A DNA stretch of 63,258 nt, the filler included, from Olpidium bornovanus S191 (taxonomy: Eukaryota > Fungi > Olpidiomycota), in the NCBI GenBank assembly GCA_017911155.1. It is 29 parts of 29 records of this genome, joined end to end, with 100 filler letters (N's around TTAATTAATTAA, not from the genome) between each part and the next. Parts side by side here need not be neighbours in the genome. Positions count along the whole stretch, not along the records: positions 59,597 to 61,684 come from JAEFCI010012655.1; positions 61,785 to 63,258 come from JAEFCI010009522.1; 27 more parts are not named here. One strand, 5' to 3'. The notes beneath the pieces are model-generated. The model was not told the origin of the DNA, did no database searches, and was given only the letters and a program-made list of their open reading frames with translations. The translations under genes and the position numbers were made by a program. Of the stretch, positions 59,638 through 63,258 are shown piece by piece; the stretch's first letter is position 1, and every line of letters starts with the position of its first letter.

Positions 59638-60191
59638 ATTTTACGGACCGCGAGACGATGAAGAGGGAGATAGCGGAGGGCAAATTCATCGAGTCCGCCG
59701 AGTTTTCCGGGAACATGTACGGTAAGCGCACGTTCAAAAAACCCCGGTTGACCAAGAGCGGGAAACAAAAGCGACCGGAATTGCGACGCGCGCGCGCGCC
59801 AAAGCGAACGCCCCGGGTTTTTGACGGGGTTCGTGCCATCCCCCGTTCAGGAACTTCGATCCAAGCAGTCAGGGACGTCGTGTCCACGGGGCGCATTTGC
59901 ATACTGGACATCGATGCTCAGGGTGTCCGCAGCGTGAAGCGGGCGGCGTTAAACGCGCGGTTCGTTTTCGTCGCTCCGCCGTCTCTCGAGGAGCTGGAGC
60001 GGCGCCTCCGGGGGCGTCACACAGAGAACGAGGAGTCCGTCGCCGCGAGGCTGCGGGCGGCCAGGGAGGAGATCGCCTATTCCAAGGAAAAAGGCGCGCA
60101 CGACGTCATCGTCGTCAACGACGACGTGGACGTCGCGTATGCTAAACTTAAGGAGGCAGTTTTTACATTGGCCGGCGTCCCCCCACCGTAG
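59638..60191 (+). CDS. GUK1: Guanylate kinase, last two exons
   Basis: FIESAEFSGNMYG|TSIQAV...ICILDIDAQGVRSVK...FVAPPSLEELERRLRGRHTE...VIVVNDD; intron 59722-59850. Confidence 0.97.
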
Positions 60192-60480
60192 ATTGGGCCG
60201 TCTCCGTATTTCAAGATAGAGAGCAGTTCGGTTTGAAATTTGCCCACTCCCGCATCCCGTCAACGCAAAACATCATCTCTCTGCTCGAAGAGCCAATGCG
60301 GGTTTTCTTGGAACTTTCCGGGACCTGGAGCAGTTGAAACCGAAAGTCCTGGCCTTCGAAAATCCGAAGAGGTTCTCGAAGCAACGTTCCCCACGACGTA
60401 ATATGGCACCCGCTTGTCGTCTTGTTTCAGTCACGCCCTCTAACATCTATGAAGCGTCGAAAAAAAGTCCCGTCGGGCAG

Positions 60481-61219
60481 CTACTCGGGCTTCCTGGCAA
60501 AGGCGTACTTGGTGCTGAAAGACTGGTCGCATTCGGCGACAGCCGAGCCCAACCCGAAGCCGGCCGACAACAAGATAGGCCACGTGCGCTCTGCGAAAGA
60601 AGAAAGCGCGCCGATCAGGCTTCTTCGACAATGCACTCCCTCCCCTCCCCCCACGCGAACGCCAGAAGGGACGGGACGGGGAAAAACCGGCTCTCTCTCT
60701 ATCTCTTTCTCTCTCTCTCTCTCGCTCTCTTTCTTTCTCTCTTTCTCTCTCGAGGAACGTTTTAAACGCGGAAAGTTGGCCTCGTCTCGCGTACTTCTGA
60801 AGAAAAGCGCAGAGAGGACTACGCCGACGCCGACTCCCGTGGCGGTCCGGACGAAGGCGTTCGAGAAGCATGCATTCCACTTGAGGTTTTGTGCACGGCG
60901 CGGGCGGGGGACAGAAAGAGGTAGGCGCCGGTAGGCATGTTTTCGCGGTCAAAGAGCGAAGGCATTGAGGCGCGGAGGAAACCCCTCCCAACGGAAGGGG
61001 GAAGGGGGGGGTTCAATCGCAGGCGACGATGTAAAACGTGAGGCGCAGCGAAGGGTCAGAAGTCCTTCCCCGCGCAGCGGAAAGGCACGGCGAAAGAAGG
61101 AAAGGGAGAAGGAAACGCAACAACAGGCGAAACAGAGCCCGGAGCGGCCGCACCTTCTGCTGGAGGACGGCCTCGCTGCGCAGCTTGTGCCTGTCCGGCG
61201 CGACCGACGACGGGTCCAT
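60481..61219 (-). CDS. MIC10: MICOS subunit Mic10, complete, 3 exons
   Basis: MDPSSV...SEAVLQQK|WNACFSNAFVRTATGVGVGVVLSALFFR|RTWPILLSAGFGLGSAVAECDQSF; TAG 60483-60481. Confidence 0.95.
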
Positions 61220-61329
61220 CGTCGGGTGAGAACTTGAGAGAGCCCCTTTTGTCGGGCCCCCAGCTTTTTGAAGGGGCCTGGCGTCGCAGCGGGCCGGGGG
61301 AAGCTGCGTGTGCGGGTGGGGACGAGGAA

Positions 61330-61360
<31 letters not shown>

Positions 61361-62160
61361 CGCAGTTTCTGGGGGCGTGTGCGGTGAGGGAGAGCGAGCG
61401 GGATCGGAAGACTTTTTTTTTTCCAAATCGAAGCAGCACGAAACCTCGGCGGAACATCCATCGCCACTTGGCAAAGCCCGCCTCCGGCTGAAGAGCGCAG
61501 CAGGGCTTAGAGGCCGGCCAGAACACAAACATATCCGGCCGCAAAGTCTACACCTCGGTGGACTTTCGCTCCCTCAGAGATGGCACCACGGTTTACCCTA
61601 GGGTTTTGCGTGCGCTGGTCGAACCAGTGCTTAAGTTTGGTGTTTAACCCGACAACGAGAAAAAGAAATAAAAGGAACGCCGCANNNNNNNNNNNNNNNN
61701 NNNNNNNNNNNNNNNNNNNNNNNNNNNNTTAATTAATTAANNNNNNNNNNNNNNNNNNNNNNNNNNNNNNNNNNNNNNNNNNNNAAAAAAAACAAAAAAA
61801 AACAAAAAAAAAACAAAAAAAACAAAAAAAACAAAAAAACAAAAACAAAAAAAACAAAAACAAAAAAAACAAAAAAAACAAAAACAAAAAAAACGAAGGC
61901 GTCTGATCGGTGGCATAGCGGAAATCAATAACGCAATCATTTGCACTTTTGGAATTCGTGATCATTTGTACTTTTTGGGATTCGTGGTTTCAAGGACAGC
62001 GGGGTCGAGCAAACCGCGGTGGCTCTGGAGCCCGCAACGCGGCCGGATAGCGGTTCCGGCGGTTCAATCAGACCCGGGCCGTCAGGGAGTTGTCGCGTGG
62101 CGGGCCCGCCGACGGCGCAAGACACGGAACACCGACCCAAAGTGCAGGAGGGGGTGACCC

Positions 62161-63021
62161 CTAAGCGGGGCGGATCTCGGCCACTTCCGTCTTCAGGACC
62201 TCCGCCTGGATTCCTTTCTCCGCCGCAACGTCGATCGCCGCCTGCAACTCGGAGATCAGCTTGTCGGTCCTGGTCAGCCGCTCCTGTATCAGGCCGATGA
62301 GCTCCCGCTTCCGGGCCTTGAGATCCTCGAGCCGGGCGACGATGGCGTCCACGCGCGGGTCGGCGGCCGCGGCGCTCGCCTTGACGCGCTCCGGCCGCAG
62401 GGCGTCGCCGAGCGCGGCGTTTGCCTGCGCGGCGTCGAGGTCCTCGAGCATCCTGAGGAGGGCCTCGCCGGTTCCGCGCAAGCGAAGCGCGAGGGTGCCG
62501 GCGGCGGCGGCGGCGGCAGGCGGGGGAGGCTCCTCCGCCGCCTTCGCCACAGCGGCGGCCAGGGCGGCCAGCACCCGCCCCGCCTGGGCCTCCGCGGCGC
62601 ACGCCTCGCCGTCCGCGGCGGCGACGGCGGCGAAATTCCTCCTGACGCGGTCCACCGCGGCCGAGAGCAACCTGCACTTGGCGCGCAGGGCCTTTCTCTC
62701 CAGCGAGCGCCGGTGGTCGCGCCGGAGGTACGCGTAGAGGGCGCACGACGCCGCCGCGCAGAGCGCCCCGCCGCCGGCCAGGAGCAGCGCGAGGCGGGGC
62801 CGTCCGCCGCCGCCGCAGCCGCGGCCGGCGGGCGGGGCGGGGGCCTGCGAGCGGAGGAGCAGGGCGGCGGGGGGCGCGACGCCGAACGGCAGGGCGGGGC
62901 GCGAGGAGACGATGCCGGCGGGGGAGGAGGAGGAGGAGAAGGAGGAGGAGGAGGAGGAGGAGATGGAGGCGGCGGCGGCGAGCGCCGAAGCGGCCGGGGC
63001 GAATCCGTAGGGCTGCTGCAT
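62161..63021 (-). CDS. Single-TM protein with C-terminal BAG-like domain (Snl1-like architecture)
   Basis: Hydrophobic LALLLAGGGALCAAASCALYAYL, then GEALLRMLEDLDAAQ...KARKRELIGLIQERLTRTDKL, resembling BAG helices 2-3. Likely ATG 63021 (63117 is the alternative). Confidence 0.55.
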   Translation of the reverse strand: MQQPYGFAPAASALAAAASISSSSSSSFSSSSSPAGIVSSRPALPFGVAPPAALLLRSQAPAPPAGRGCGGGGRPRLALLLAGGGALCAAASCALYAYLRRDHRRSLERKALRAKCRLLSAAVDRVRRNFAAVAAADGEACAAEAQAGRVLAALAAAVAKAAEEPPPPAAAAAAGTLALRLRGTGEALLRMLEDLDAAQANAALGDALRPERVKASAAAADPRVDAIVARLEDLKARKRELIGLIQERLTRTDKLISELQAAIDVAAEKGIQAEVLKTEVAEIRPA

Positions 63022-63258
63022 TTTTCCGGCGCAGCGCTGCCCCAAAAGCCGCCCCCCCTTCGCCCCCCCCCGGGTCGGCGGTGGCGGGTGTGGTGGGACT
63101 TTGCACTGAAAGGCCAAGCGTTTGGGGGGAATCCAGCCAGGGTGACTGGGCCGACTGACTCTCTCTTCTGTTGTCGCCAGCAGCAGAATTTCCCCCCCCG
63201 TCAGTCCCCCCTTTTTTCCCCCCTTTCCCCCCCCCCCTTTCCTTTTTTTTTCTTTTTT

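Noticed and set aside
3482-61784. Regularly recurring TTAATTAATTAA as a repeat array or regulatory motif
   Set aside because: It is always embedded in N44 flanks and is a concatenation linker.
1-63258. Apparent gene neighbourhoods, e.g. chromatin and DNA-repair genes or ciliary genes near each other
   Set aside because: The genes sit on different contigs joined by artificial spacers. Only within-contig adjacency is informative.

Overview
This is not a continuous locus. It is 29 short contigs (about 1.0-4.7 kb, apparently cut off at 1 kb) joined by 28 identical 100-nt spacers (N44-TTAATTAATTAA-N44, stops in all six frames), so adjacency across a spacer has no biological meaning. The DNA is GC-rich, intron-rich and eukaryotic, with long homopolymer and microsatellite tracts. 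Fungal-type housekeeping genes, mostly partial (SOD1, GUK1, MIC10, STU1/CLASP, TAO3, ASA1, NASP/Sim3, Scn1-like TatD, PWWP, SPX, HLTF/RAD5-like SNF2, CDC26, tRNA-Phe), occur with two cilium-type genes (a tandem partial-p25alpha protein and a SAXO5/TEX45-like repeat protein). This points to a zoosporic fungus; the style recalls an Olpidium-type draft assembly, which is inference only. Retroelement debris includes Ty3 gag and chromodomain pieces, copia RT and RNase H, a DIRS-type RNase H and two LTR-like repeats with a half-tRNA(iMet) primer site. The best lead is at 6461-7420 (minus), invisible in the ORF track. Correcting two compensating 1-nt frameshifts gives a complete TET/JBP-like 2OG-Fe(II) dioxygenase signature (HxD...GGxFxLP...HGT...R), preceded by a CxxCxxC-x8-C motif and abutting tail-to-tail the 3' end of a chromovirus pol. 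All family calls come from motif recognition by eye; no database searches were run.
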